A stretch of 49,260 bases of DNA, filler included, from Catajapyx aquilonaris (GCA_000934665.2; 2 parts of 2 records of this genome joined end to end with filler, not necessarily neighbours in it); one strand, 5' to 3'. Counted from the first letter of the whole stretch, positions 10,881 through 22,881 are shown. Notes: a model not told the origin generated them from the sequence alone. Made by a program: numbers and translations.

Positions 10881-12059
10881 GGCCGGAATCGTGGTGGCTC
10901 GCGTAAGTCTGCACTCTGCAGGGGCATAAATTGTGACGTAACTCCCATACGGACGACGGACGCCACCGTGGTGAAAAGTTACGGGAGGCGCGCGATTCAA
11001 ATGATCCTGCAAATCCACGGGACCTCTCTAGATTCCATAGGACTTACGGGAGGGTTGGCCCTGGGCTTTTTCAGGCCCCCAGGGAGTTTTGGTGGGGCAG
11101 GGTTTGCTTCAGGTTGGGGGGAGAGTGCCCGGGGAGGCCTGGGACTTGGGGCGGCCCCGGGGCAGCCCGGGGGCCACTTTGGATGTGCGTTCCGTCAGGT
11201 CGGATTTCCCATCACCTCCAAACCAAATGCAATGAAATCGTGTGGAGTGAGGCCGGGGCGGACCGTGGCTAGGGGCTGCACCGGGGCTTCCCGGGGGGCC
11301 ACTTTGAATGTGCGTTCTCAGTTATGTAATGTCGGATTTATCATCACATCCCCAACTGAATGCACTGCAATGGTGTGGGGTGCACCCAGGCCAGGGGAAG
11401 CCCGAGGGCCAGTTTGGATGCTCATTGTATAGTCGGGAAGGATTTATTGTACCGCTGGACACATGGTTCACATTGCGCACCTAAAGACCTCATGAAAAAT
11501 AATATATTACTTCCTATCACTCTATGCAACATGATGGATTTTCAAGAGTAGTGGTGCAACAATCACAACTGCCCGCTGCTCCTGATTCTCCTAGCGGGAT
11601 CATTGCCACCCAACCCCCCAACCTGACAGAGAAACCCCCACCCTTGCCCCCACCTACACACCCCCACACCCAACCCGCGCGAGAAGCCTGTTCCGGGATT
11701 GGCTGTTAGAGCCCATTGCGTCACGGATACCAGGCTTTGCAAGTGATATCTGGGGAGTGAGTCCGGCCGATTAAAGAGGCGATACAGGAGGTCACAAGGG
11801 GGTAATCACTCGACGGAAAAGTGTACACTGGAGTACTAAATTCAAGGAGTACCACGGAGTAATAAAGAGTGAGGTGCCTGAGGAGTACCAGGGAGTACCA
11901 CTCCCAGGTGTACACCGGAGTACCGAAGTGATTACCCCCTTGGGAGGTCACCACGATGGATTTCTCCTTTAAATATACGACCCCTTTACTGGCCGCCATG
12001 TTTACAGGCGTGACGTCACTTGCAGGACCATACAGGCGCGAGCCACCAAGATTCCGGCC
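10881..12059. mobile_element. 1.18-kb GC-rich non-autonomous TIR element, PIF/Harbinger-like
   Basis: 23-bp TIRs GGCCGGAATCGTGGTGGCTCGCG / CGCGAGCCACCAAGATTCCGGCC (1 mismatch). The flanks TTA / GTA look like a degenerate 3-bp TWA TSD. Internal ~120-bp repeats at 11150-11425 and GGAGTAC motifs at 11829-11925. Confidence 0.72.
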
Positions 12060-12455
12060 GTATAAGAATACTTTTTATACTCCCTTGCAATTATCTCTCC
12101 TTTTTGCTGACTGTGGTGGTTTTTGCTGACTGTGGTGGGTTTTGGTGACAATCACATTCTCACGTGAGGAAATCGAGTGGGTAGAGCGTAATCTACAACG
12201 ACCCAAATTATCAGGAAAACAATGTCGAGCGTTAATGACATTCTTTGCGGCTTATCTCTGCCAATATTATTTTGGTGTTGTGTTCTCACTTTGTCACGTA
12301 GCTTGTCTCCAATGAACCCTTCACGCTGTTTTAGTCCATGATAATACATTCTTTTGTATCACAATGCGAAAATAATGCTTCAATTGCGTTTTTGTGTTCT
12401 GAACAAAAAGAATACTAATGAGAGTAATGACCAAATATATTTGAACTTTCATATA

Positions 12456-12724
12456 ATAATAATAATATAATAATGGACACCCCGTGATAGGCCTTGGTCC
12501 TCTTAGGGGTTCTTCTTTTCGTGAACCGTCTTTAATCATTTACTACGTGTGATGGATTTTGATTGCGGGAGGAAACGGGCGAACCCCGAGAAAACCCACG
12601 CGAACACGGAGAGAACCCATCGAACCTCTATCCACATAAGTATCCTCTGCGCGACCCGGGGATCGAACTCGGGACCTTAGAGGTGGAAGGCTGTGGCGCT
12701 AACCCCTCCGCCACCGTGTCGCCC
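12456..12724 (-). mobile_element. Young tRNA-derived SINE with a V-domain-like core (family B)
   Basis: Head GGGCGACACGGTGGCGGAGGGGTTAG...GAGTTCGATCCCC. Core TTCTCTCCGTGTTCGCGTGGGTTTTCTCGGGGTTCGCCCGTTTCCTCCC resembles the V-SINE domain. (ATT)n tail. Perfect 18-bp TSD TATTTGAACTTTCATATA at 12438-12455 and 12725-12742. Confidence 0.9.
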
Positions 12725-13186
12725 TATTTGAACTTTCATATACTGATGGCAGAAGCCATTACAAATGTTTTAAGTGCACAATTTCCTGTTTTTAAGATCA
12801 TGGTGCAACGCTCTACTAGCTTCGAAACTTAAATTTTTTATATGTTTAAAAACGTAGAATGCCGTATATTGCCATCTATAATATCATTATAATATTTATG
12901 AAAGTTCAAATTCCGCCCACCCACTGAATTATCTAGTGACATCCGTCTAATTTCATCATGCTTTTCCACCATTCACTACTTCAATAGTTCCAATCACAGG
13001 TAGCCAAAACCGGTGCCGCAGTGGCTAAAATAGGTGCAGGTTTCTTTATTGCTACTAAGCCAACACAATACCATGGCAACAATGAATTCAACAATATCAA
13101 CAGTGAGTGATTATTATTGTTGGTCATGTAGCTTCGTCACCATAGAAGCATGGTTTCGTTGTTGCGATGGTGTGAGCAACACTGAA

Positions 13187-13462
13187 AGAGTTCTGCTATA
13201 ATATATACCGGTATACCTAGAGGAAGTACTCCCTATCCTTTCCTGTTAGCCAGACTGAGGCAGCCGCCATATATCTTTACTAGGCCCGTATTGTTGTCCT
13301 AACAGTTGTCTAGCAACTGGGACAACAACCAATAATGACAACTGGGACGACATTTAGTCCAATAATGTCAGGCGTCCGCCATCGGTACTAGGATCATATT
13401 GTTGCCTGCCTCACATTTCACCCCGAGTGCTCTCTCTAGGTATATAAATATAGCAGAACTCT
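13187..13462. mobile_element. MITE, superfamily unclear
   Basis: TIRs AGAGTTCTGCTATA..TACCTAGAG / CTCTAGGTA..TATAGCAGAACTCT. No TSD seen. Confidence 0.7.
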
Positions 13463-14307
13463 CCATGGTCAGCAATGATTGATTATTGCTGATTAGTCAT
13501 TACCATGGAAACAAGCAGTGCAAAGAACTGGTTCCGCTGCTAGTCTTTATATACAGTATAGAAGTAATTTTTTCTGAGCCTGAGGGCCTGTGAGAATGTC
13601 AATTTTAGCTAGTGATTTGCCATGCTAGGCTAGATATTTTTATCATCTAATTCCTACAAATCAGTAGACTACATCGTAGCCTATATAGTAGGCCTAGTGC
13701 CATTCCATGCTAGTGATGTGGTCATACTGGTAAACTCGCGCATTACATTGCATGGTACGGTATCGAGTAACTAAGGGAAGTAAACTACGATGAGCATAGT
13801 TCATAAACTTGAGTTAAGCTCTGAGGGCTTATCTACTGTGCATAATTTATTATGTCATGCAAGATGTGGGTGACTGCGTGTGTCTGAGGAGCAGTCAAAC
13901 GTTCATCATTTTCTGTGTCTACCTGTTGGTGTCTCCACATTTTAGACGTTTTTTTGGCTAATTTAGCCACTGGCGCTGGCGCTGGCGGCTGGCGGCTGGA
14001 TGAGCTGCTCTTTCTGTGCACACCGAAGCAAGTCCCTAGTTCTTAGTAAGTTACACTAAGTACAGCTAAACAAACGCATATAAGCAACAGTGCAAATCGC
14101 TTGGTAAAATAACGTTACACAATATTGTGCCATATCCACACTCTACTAAAAATATGACGTGGGCACCGCCACAAAACCAAGTGGCTGTCTGATTCGTGGT
14201 TCTGATACGTGGTAATGAACACCTTTAATGAGCACTGTGCCTTCGCTGACCAGTGGAATGTAATCATAGTTTCGAGCAAATAACATCTGACCAACATCTT
14301 AATATAT

Positions 14308-14456
14308 TGTATCATCAGTGAAACAAGAATTGTCCCAGTCATCCTGACGTGTGGGCTGGCCGCTCGACACACACCATGTAAGTTACATGGTGTGTGTCGA
14401 GCGGGCAGCACACACGTCAGGATGACTGGGACAATACTTGTTTCACTGATGATACA
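14308..14456. repeat. 149-bp palindrome (74-bp arms, 1-nt loop at 14382, 3 mismatches)
   Basis: TGTATCATCAGTGAAACAAG...CACCATGTAA G TTACATGGTG...CTTGTTTCACTGATGATACA. Confidence 0.95.
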
Positions 14457-15365
14457 CCTTACTGGAAATTGGAAAACTTCTTGAATGGCATCGTGCATGC
14501 TGAACCTGGTTTCCTAGGCCTATACTGTCATTAACGTAAAACTGCTGACACCCCACACCCACAATATATACAAATAAAGCCGGAAAAGATGCTGGTCCTA
14601 CATGATTGTCACTGACACCTTCGTAAACAAAAAAAAAACCACTAGTATAGGCCTATTGTATTTTTAAAATGACGCAGTTCAGCTCTAAAAGTAAGAGAAT
14701 CAAGCAGCCATGAACGGTCATGAAGGTACTAACGTAGCACTGAGCTGGCAACACAATTTTACAAGTAATCTCGGGAAATTAAATGCAAATTCACCGACGC
14801 GACGATGGAACAAGTGAACACTTACAGTTGGACAGAAAAGGAGTAACTGCAGACACGAGATTGGAGTAGCCACTGGAATCACACCCACTCGCTTGCACTA
14901 CTAACAGCCGGTCGAGCCGGTCCGAGCACTGTGACAAAATGACACTCGCGAATGGCACCGGGACACAGGCACCAGGGTGTGTCGGCTACTTTGTAGCTGG
15001 CTAGCTGCTACATTTACGTAGCCGCTACTTTACATGTCGACTATTATTTTCACACGATAGAGTCAGCTGGAAAATGATCGCGATGTACGGATAAGGAACT
15101 ACGGAAGATCCTTTCCAAGCTACCCGTTCCAGCCGGTAATAAAATGTAGTTAGAAGTGGACTCCTTTAACTGGAATCACTACGTGCCAAGCCATCTTTAA
15201 CAAGCCTTGCATTTTACACACAAAATGTGTGACTTTTTAAAAACATATCGGCCAATTATGGGATTCGCTGATTATATATAATTACCGTATATGTATATGT
15301 ATTTAGTTCAGATGTTGGGTTAGCTTGTGTCTCCCTTCATCGCTGATCCTCATAGGGACATGTCG

Positions 15366-15401
15366 TGTTGTTGTTGTTGTTGTTGTTGTTGTTGTAGTAG
15401 T
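15366..15401. repeat. (GTT)n/(GTA)n microsatellite
   Basis: Directly visible. Confidence 0.9.
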
Positions 15402-16216
15402 ATATGTACAAGATAAATGAAGAAAATGTTACTGTAACTCGTGTTCCTTGATGTCTCATCTCAATATTGACCTTCTTACTCGCATTTACATAAAAATAAT
15501 TTATTACTCATACGAATAGCTGGGTAGCCCGAGGCTGCAGCAGCCTCTGAAGTTAAGTCGCTGTTTAGCGGTATATGATACAGTATTTTGTCACTGCTAC
15601 TATGATGTAGCTATAACAGTTGCTGCATCTACTAAAATGTATAAACTTAGCTATTGTTTCCGTCACGGGGAGTCTGGTGGGAGGTGGGATACTGGTGGTG
15701 CTGGTGTACCGGAAGAGGTGGGATGGGGACATGGGGTAAGGATGGGAGGTGGGAGGAATGGAAAGAGGACACTGCGCGAGATTGCCAAAGCACAATGAGG
15801 ACACTGCGTGAGATGATTCACGCACTTCTCTGCTCCATACTAAGAAAATACCTTTCGTACCAGAGATTTTTTTCTTCGACATTAACAAGAGGGCCTGAAA
15901 CAATGGAGTGATACACGTACCATCCTGTGTTGGCAGACACGGGAAGAATGTGGTGTTTCCGAGAATGTCAACGATCCTAGCATTTTATTAACATACACAA
16001 CATTTTTCGTATTATGGTTGCAATAAATAAAAAAATATGGTCAGTTTTCTTGTAGTAGTTGGCATATAAGATAATAACATCATGCTGTGGATCGCTGTGG
16101 ATACATACTCATGAGAACATCTTGCTTGTTGTGCCACCGACAGTATAAAGATCAGTGGTAGTGGAGTTGCCTGCCTATTAGAATATTCCCTAAGCATTGA
16201 AATGGCTCGAATAAAT

Positions 16217-16290
16217 GGCGCCGCTGCGCCGTAGTGTAAAGCCACAGCCTTCCAACTCTGAGGTCCCGATTTCGATTCCGGACAGGACAT
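16217..16290 (+). mobile_element. Degenerate SINE tRNA-like head related to the family B head
   Basis: GCCACAGCCTTCCAACTCTGAGGTCCCGATTTCGATTCCGG matches GCCACAGCCTTCCACCTCTAAGGTCCCGAGTTCGATCCCCGG in the 12456-12724 SINE. Confidence 0.65.
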
Positions 16291-16649
16291 AAAGAATATT
16301 TCTTATTGCATCATTTATGTTATAATTATTCTTGTTGTGTTGGCGCATACCCAGCTTTCTCTGCCCTACATGAATGGGAGATTAAGTATAATTTACCACC
16401 TGGGGTCAAAAAACACCCCATGACACTATAGTTACGTTGCTCAGAGTAGAAGTGGGCTGCAGGAAAACACGGCTTCAGAAGGGAGAAAACACAGCTTTCT
16501 TTCTTTTGTGATAATAACTAATATTGGCTTACGTCACCAGACAGTTGATTTAAACCAAAGTTGTGACTTTCAATTTGGCACTCCGTCTCCGTCCCATTAT
16601 GATTGTGAAATATTATGATCAACTTTGACTTGACCTGAGGTCTACGGGT

Positions 16650-17013
16650 TATTTTATTTATTTATTTATTTAATTTTTCCCAATTGAGAGATCAACGCTC
16701 TATTAGGGGGGTGGAACACCACCATATTTCCAATTTTCTTGGTTTTTTTTCCTTCAAACTCCGGTGCAGGGAAATCAGGGTGGTAAAGATAGGGATTTGT
16801 GGGGAGGGGACACGGGTACAAGTGCAATGACTCAAGTTAGGGCCATGTGCAGTCCCCCAGGAGGTTAGGTTGCCAGACACCACTTTTTCCCTGTTCATTT
16901 TCAGCTGGTGCCTTGCCTTGATTGTGTTTATGGCAGAAATTCTCTAGGGACATTAGCCAATAATTTCTCCTTGGTGCAGGTCAGAGACCCTCCTGACGCA
17001 GCCGAAAGGGAAA
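16650..17013 (-). mobile_element. Head-less, diverged copy of SINE family A with an ~85-bp internal insertion
   Basis: Shares CCCCAGGAGGTTAGGTTGCCAGACACC and CTCCTTGGTGCAGGTCAGAGACCCTCC with 10102-10155. T-rich tail on the + strand at ~16650-16678. Confidence 0.8.
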
Positions 17014-19976
17014 TGTTATCGTACTGAGTTATAAACAACATTATCACATTTTAATTTATTAATAAATGACACCGTTAAATGTGGTATTCATGTGATGTAT
17101 CAATTTCTGAAAAAATTTATTAGCCATAAAAAATTCATTCCCTGGTAGATTTTTTTGTAATTAATCATTTTCATACAGGTTTTTGGTTTGTGAGGCCCCT
17201 GAGGTTCATAATTAACAGTTACATCCCGATAAATAAGAAATAAATGTAGCGACAGCAATCTTTGCCAGACCCCACAGAAATTCACTGCCCAAAGCATAAT
17301 CGTATTTATTTCAGTTGTTAACTGTCAAATTAACTTCAGCTTTCGTATACTCCTACCTCTATTGTTACTATTAACCCTTTGACGACTACGAACATCATAT
17401 GATACCCGAGCTTACATTGCTGGAGGGCCTACGAACATCATAATTACTGAATTATGATGTTTGAGATTTGCCCTGCCAACTTGGGTCAGTTTTTCAACTC
17501 ATAAAATTCCAACATCAGCGATTTTCTTGAAATTCGGTGCATTAGTAGCCAACCCCAAGGGATGAAAAAAGCAGCTATAGTCACCTGATCAAAATGACCA
17601 TGTGACCCACTTAGTTTGTGAGTTTGTGATTTTGTCCCTTGCAGAAATCCAGAGGAAGGCCCATATACCGCAACGGCTGGTAACCCGCTAGTGGAATGTA
17701 AAACAACGCCTACCACTATACAGGGTGTTTCAAGTATATTGGTCGATTTACTTACAAGACGTTTTGCCCGAATCTCATTTGTTATTTATTTGGGGGGGGG
17801 GGGGGGGGNGGGGGGACTTTTTGCACCTCGATCCAGGTCCTGCATTATACATCAACTGGTGTATTCCACCTCATGTGAATAATTGGACACCTGGATTGGG
17901 GTGCAACAAGCTACACAAAAATTATATTATATTATTCGAGATATTATTTGAGGTGTTTAAAATGACCCTGATATTATATTGGAATGTATAGACTTTTCCA
18001 CAATTCACAAAAGACAAAAGAGGCGCATGCGTATTTTTAACCTGAAGGTGTTCCAGGGTTATGTGAATTTTGCAGTTTTTCTGTTTTCAATTTGGGTTTA
18101 ATTTGAAAAGGTTATTTTGAAAAGCTAATTGATGTGAAATGACCTAAAATGGCAAGTTACTGGGCCTACCTGTGGTATGCTTTGCCTGGCTGCATCATAA
18201 TTGACGTGTAATGTATGAGTCACATTTTCAGTTAGTTTATATTATTTTGTCCTCATGATGATTAATTATTAAGTAAGTTCATTATGTTATCTGAGAGAGA
18301 GTAAGCTTAGTGTTTGTAATACTTATTATTGTACATTAGCATATTTTCTGCTGACATTTCGTACCTATGGAAACTTTCCACTAGAAAAATAGAACCAATA
18401 AGTTCAATCATTACATGCTGATTATAGCCGTTTGATTGTGTTCATTTGTTGTGTGCCATTTTGAAGTAAAAATAGGTTCATATTAATGGTGCTTTTACTG
18501 ATTATTCTTACTACGAGCAAGAGCTAATGCTACGAGTAAGAATATTGGGATATTGGATGTCGCAGAGAATAGATTTGTATAGGCCATGATTGTAATTTTC
18601 TGGATTGCAGACAATGGAGGGACTAACATCTGGTCAGCCTGATGAACGTCACATAAAGAAGAAAGTGGCAACGACAAAACTTTTCATTTTAGTTGGTTTT
18701 GGGGATACCAAATCATTCCCAGAGTCCAACACCAGACAGAACTCATTCGTGTAGCACATGAGTCCTGTCATCTATGGTTTCAGTTACATATGGTTTGAGA
18801 ATATTTCAGAAACAAAAACGCAAGAAAAAAATCCACCATGTATTTTTGTTGGAGCTTATTAGCACTGGATTTTTATAACTATCCTGTTTTATTAATATTA
18901 TTTTTGTTTCTGTCTAAACATGCATAATTTGTAAATTAAACTGTAGGCCTACCTCTTATGCAGCCAACGGTAGGCCCTATACGGTATTAATTTGATGACA
19001 GTACTCCAGTCACCAGAAGAGTCATTGTAATGGTCATACGAGACGGCTAGGCACAAACTAGTCGTCGCTGGCTACCCCATTTCTGGGATTATGCCGTGAT
19101 GTTATGAATGAATGAATGAATGAACTTCAGTGTATTGTTATCACTGTCTTATTATACTGTAGCCTAAGCTATGAGCATTTACCTTGGGTCCTCTGGTGAA
19201 AAGATCAGATTGTGGTGACCACATATATCGGCAGCATGGTGGAACTTGCTGCTGTTCTGACCAGTAATGAGACTGAAAATATAATTATCACGCAACTGGT
19301 ATTTGACAATCTTTAGCAGTACTGTGTATTGTAGCGATGTAGCCTACTAGGCGTGTGCCAGAGTATTCTGTTTTTAGGAACAAGTGATGGAGGTCACCAA
19401 GGGGTGTGCAAGGAGGGTGTGCATTCGGTTCTTCTGACTAATAGGCAGTAGTGCCTGTAGATATGCCAATAGCTCATTGCAGAGCTTCTGACCAACTGAA
19501 AAGCAGGGTCATGAATACAACTTGATTCAGGAGAGTCCATAACATTTCAACTGATGTAGATATAAGCTAAATCATTAAATGCATGGTAACCTACAAGGTA
19601 TGACATTATGAATTTAGCCGCAATTCAAGATAGCTGGTGACACTTTTTTGAGGAGTGACTACCCCCATGGTTCAAGCCCTTGTTCTGGATTTACCAGGTG
19701 TTGCTATTGATCTCACGACCCAGCTGATGTTTAAAAATGGCTGTAAACAAAGTGTCATTTTCAACACAGTCATGTTCAGATTGGAAGGCTGTTTATTGCA
19801 TGGACAAGCAAGAAAATTACTTCTCTTTGGTGGGATACAGGTACAAAAACATGATTGCTTAGCATGAGGGAGGCATCACTGAAGGGCTGTGGTCTAGTCA
19901 AAACATGAGTACATACGTCGCTCAATTGAGCCTATGATTACCTTTGTACTCCCCTCTCACACACACCTTCTTACTT

Positions 19977-20167
19977 TTATTCATTCCCCCTCTTTGCTGA
20001 ATCTTTTGCTGACTTCTTGCTGACTCTTCCTGACTTTGCTGAATCTTTTGCTGACTTCTTGCTGACTCTTGCTGACTTTGCTGAATCTTCTTTCACCACT
20101 TCAGGGCCCTGATGATTTGCCTCAGCTTCATCAGCAGCAGCTGCTGAGTTGTTTGCCTGAAGCTTCT
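19977..20167 (-). CDS. LEO1: Leo1-like coding exon 4 with a 14-aa (42-bp) Lys/Ser repeat
   Basis: Acceptor gctgtccag, phase-compatible. Encodes DSAKSARVSKKSAK-DSAKSGRVSKKSAK-DSAK. The TAA overlaps an AATAAA. Confidence 0.72.
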
Positions 20168-21810
20168 CTGGACAGCACACGAATGATATTATTAGGACAT
20201 GTCAATAAGTTTGCTGTAAATCTATATCACAATCCATATTGAGTGTTTGCTTTTTAATGGTTTCCATATTATTTTTAGAAAGACAACTGCACCTTAGCTA
20301 TTTTGATATAACTCAGGTATAGAACCTTGCGTAGTAAATTTCAGCACTTACTTTTTGCAACAAAGGCCTTCTTGCACTTATCCTTGATTGCAGCAATGGA
20401 AAACGAACTTTCATCATCAGATGATTGACCTTCAGCCTTAGTGGAGCTTTTCTCTAGGTAAGACTCACTCAGAGTCTTCTTCTTCTTCTCCTTCTTGCCT
20501 GCAAGGCTCGACTTAGAATGGTGTGGATCAGAATCACGTATGCGCTCCTGCTCGTGCTGTTGGCCAAGAATGGATAAAGCATATCATCTTTAATATTATA
20601 ATCAAAAATTAATAATATAGCCTATTTACAGCATTCAGTAACCTAACTGTTATTCACTACAGGTATGCAGCACCAAATGCCTCTCACCTTAATCTTTTCT
20701 TTACGTACAACTTCTGGATCCTCTGCATCAACCAAATTAAGAAACTTCGCTCCTGTACCCCGACCTGCAGCTTTATCAGCAGCTGCCATAGTCAACTTTT
20801 GGTGAGTCTTTGAGGCGGTATTGTGAGGTCGAAAGGTCAAGGACGATTTGAACACTCCTTGAGCCTGCAGACCCATGCCCTGACGCATGAATAGCTGGTT
20901 GCTCAAATCAGGGTACCAATGTGGATGAACATCAAAGATCTCCTCTCCCAAGTACAGAGACATGGTTCCATCAGACCAGCGCACAAACTTAGCATTGCTT
21001 TCTGGAACCAGCTTCCCTTCCTTGTTCTTCACCATTCTCCATCGGATGGTGTTCTCCACCTTGAGTTTCAACCTTGTCAGTCCTTCCTCGTCGTCAGGGA
21101 CCTCCTCTACTGTCTCTTCGTACTCGTAGGTTTCAGGATCGAATGGCTGGGGGTCACAGGACAGGACATTGGGCAATTTGACAAAGTGAAACTCTTTGCC
21201 AAGATCAAAATTAATCTTGGGCTGCTCGGTCTCGATGTTGCCCTCATGGACTGGAAGGCTTTCTGGCTTCTCCGGGTCTTCCACCACTTTGTCTTTTTTT
21301 CCTATTGGCTTGCTAGGACTGTTATCTGAGGCTTGTGTATCCCAATCCTCCACAAAGGGGGTGGGTTCTCCATACCTTGCTGGGGTTGGATTACACGTGC
21401 CCTGAGATTTCTCACCTGCATCTGCAATAATAAAAACAATACTGACAATGAGTAGTAGTGAGAGTAAAAACAAACTCTCGACAGGCCTGGATTGGTATAA
21501 CACCAATTCCAATAGATGTGCCAGTATTTGATGGAATTGCAGTTGAAAACAGTAATCTTCAGAACCTTCTAGTGATATTGTGCAAGAATAAGGACAAGCT
21601 GATCTGTGTAAACTAACCTTCTTGATATGATGCAATGAACTGCACTGAATCATCCGAGGCGCCACTTGGGCTGTTACTGCTTATTGAAGGCATGAAGTTT
21701 CCCAGTGAGCTTTCCTGTGAAGATTGCATGCCAGCAGGAATGCTGCTCTCCGGGGCATCTTTGGGATCATGATCTGACTGGGTCAGATTGTCTGCTCCTC
21801 CGTTAGACAT
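19977..21810 (-). CDS. LEO1: Leo1-like protein (PAF1 complex subunit homolog); exons 21810-21618, 21421-20688, 20556-20352, 20167-19977 (1323 nt, 440 aa)
   Basis: Hallmark Leo1 motifs: FVKLPNVLSCDPQPFDP, RLKLKVENTIRWR, ESNAKFVRWSDGTMSLYLGEEIFDV, LFMRQGMGLQAQGVFKSSLTFRPH, LSESYLE and SIAAIK. GT-AG introns in phases 1,0,1 give one open frame. Confidence 0.88.
20352..20556 (-). CDS. LEO1: Leo1-like coding exon 3 (absent from the ORF track)
   Basis: HEQERIRDSDPHHSKSSLAGKKEKKKKTLSESYLEKSSTKAEGQSSDDESSFSIAAIKDKCKKAFVAK. Acceptor ccaacag and donor gtaagt. Confidence 0.87.
20688..21421 (-). CDS. LEO1: Leo1-like coding exon 2 (entire Leo1 core domain)
   Basis: Acceptor tttttattattgcag and donor gtgaga. 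Contains the core motifs. Confidence 0.93.
21618..21810 (-). CDS. LEO1: Leo1-like coding exon 1 (Ser-rich)
   Basis: ATG at 21810 with an in-frame TGA six codons upstream. Donor gttagt in phase 1 matches the next exon. Confidence 0.7.
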
Positions 21811-22273
21811 GATTTCAGGAATATATCAGGCTGGATCTTCACTGATGTAACTGCAGGAGTTACGAGATGTTAGTCCCAAAAATGAGGCATATTAAGTTGC
21901 CAAATGAAGCCAATTCAGTATGCAGCAAAAAAGTGTATTAAGTTATTTTAGGCCTTCAATGGCGAAAGCAGAAATATCTGTTTTCGTTGCGTGACTTTTC
22001 GGCTATAACAGACCACGGTTATAAGAGACTTTTGCCGCGGTCTCTTGACGTTTGATTTACCAGGATTCAACTGTACTATTAACTCCGTTCGCTACCTGCT
22101 ATATCGCCATCGCCAGGTATTACCGGCAAACTCTTAAGCTCATTTAATTACGAAATTATGTTACAGTATGCGGAATATGTCCGGTGCTCCGTCTTGTTTT
22201 AATGTTGTAGAATTACACTTCAATTTTTTTGCGTTTTTCGTTGTTTGTGCTCGTACGTTCGTTGCTGTTCCTT

Positions 22274-22304
<31 letters not shown>

Positions 22305-22609
22305 TTTTTCCGGCATTTTCTTTTGACCAGGGGACCCTTCAGACGGGTCTCTTTCTTTCTTTATTTGGTCCCCTTGGTCGTTTTTCTTTTGGGGCCCCTT
22401 CTGGGCCGCCTTTCTTTAGTATCTTTATGGACACATTTGAATTAACTGAATGTCAGGGATTTGCTCTTCAAGCGGTTTGGCATTGGAGTACTCATTTGGC
22501 CATTTGGTGGAGTTGTGTGTGTCTGTGTGGACTGTTTAGGTTTCTGATTGGGATTGAGGATGAGAGGTCATGCCGGGCCATCCTCATTAAATATTTTAAT
22601 TTAATCAAG

Positions 22610-22808
22610 TATGCGGAATATCTACCTTGAGAAATGTGCCAGACGAATTTGCTGAAATCGTCGCATTTCGCGAAAATTAAATAAGCTGGGGAGTGTTATT
22701 CAGATGTGACAGGGGCAAGCCACACATAAGTATTGATTTAATTCTTGGAAACTTCCACGATTTCAGCAAATTGGTCTGGTACAGTTCTCAACGGAGATAT
22801 TCCGCATA
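22610..22808. mobile_element. ~200-bp MITE with ~52-bp TIRs
   Basis: TATGCGGAATATCTACCTTGAGAAATGTGCCAGACGAATTTGCTGAAATCGT / ACGATTTCAGCAAATTGGTCTGGTACAGTTCTCAACGGAGATATTCCGCATA. A lone similar end lies at ~22167. Confidence 0.8.
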
Positions 22809-22881
22809 TTTTAACGCATAGGCTATTTCATAATGAAATCAGACTAACCGTTGGCCGGTAGCAGCAGAATTTGGTTTTGAC

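Noticed and set aside
10968..11432. 154-aa Gly-rich ORF
   Set aside because: A by-product of GC-rich internal repeats of the TIR element, with no transposase or Myb/SANT motifs.
17371..17470. piggyBac-like end TTAA|CCCTTTG and a lone TACAGGGTGTTTC end at ~17719
   Set aside because: No partner termini found, so boundaries cannot be supported.
19180..19975. Extra Leo1 coding exons after the GTAAG located 2 nt past the stop
   Set aside because: This would need a frameshift, and the downstream frames show no Leo1 similarity. AATAAA at ~19797-19792 suggests 3' UTR.
20643..21665. 340-aa ORF read as an intronless Leo1 with a TM segment
   Set aside because: The hydrophobic N-terminal part is read-through of intron 21617-21422, and the end reads into the next intron.
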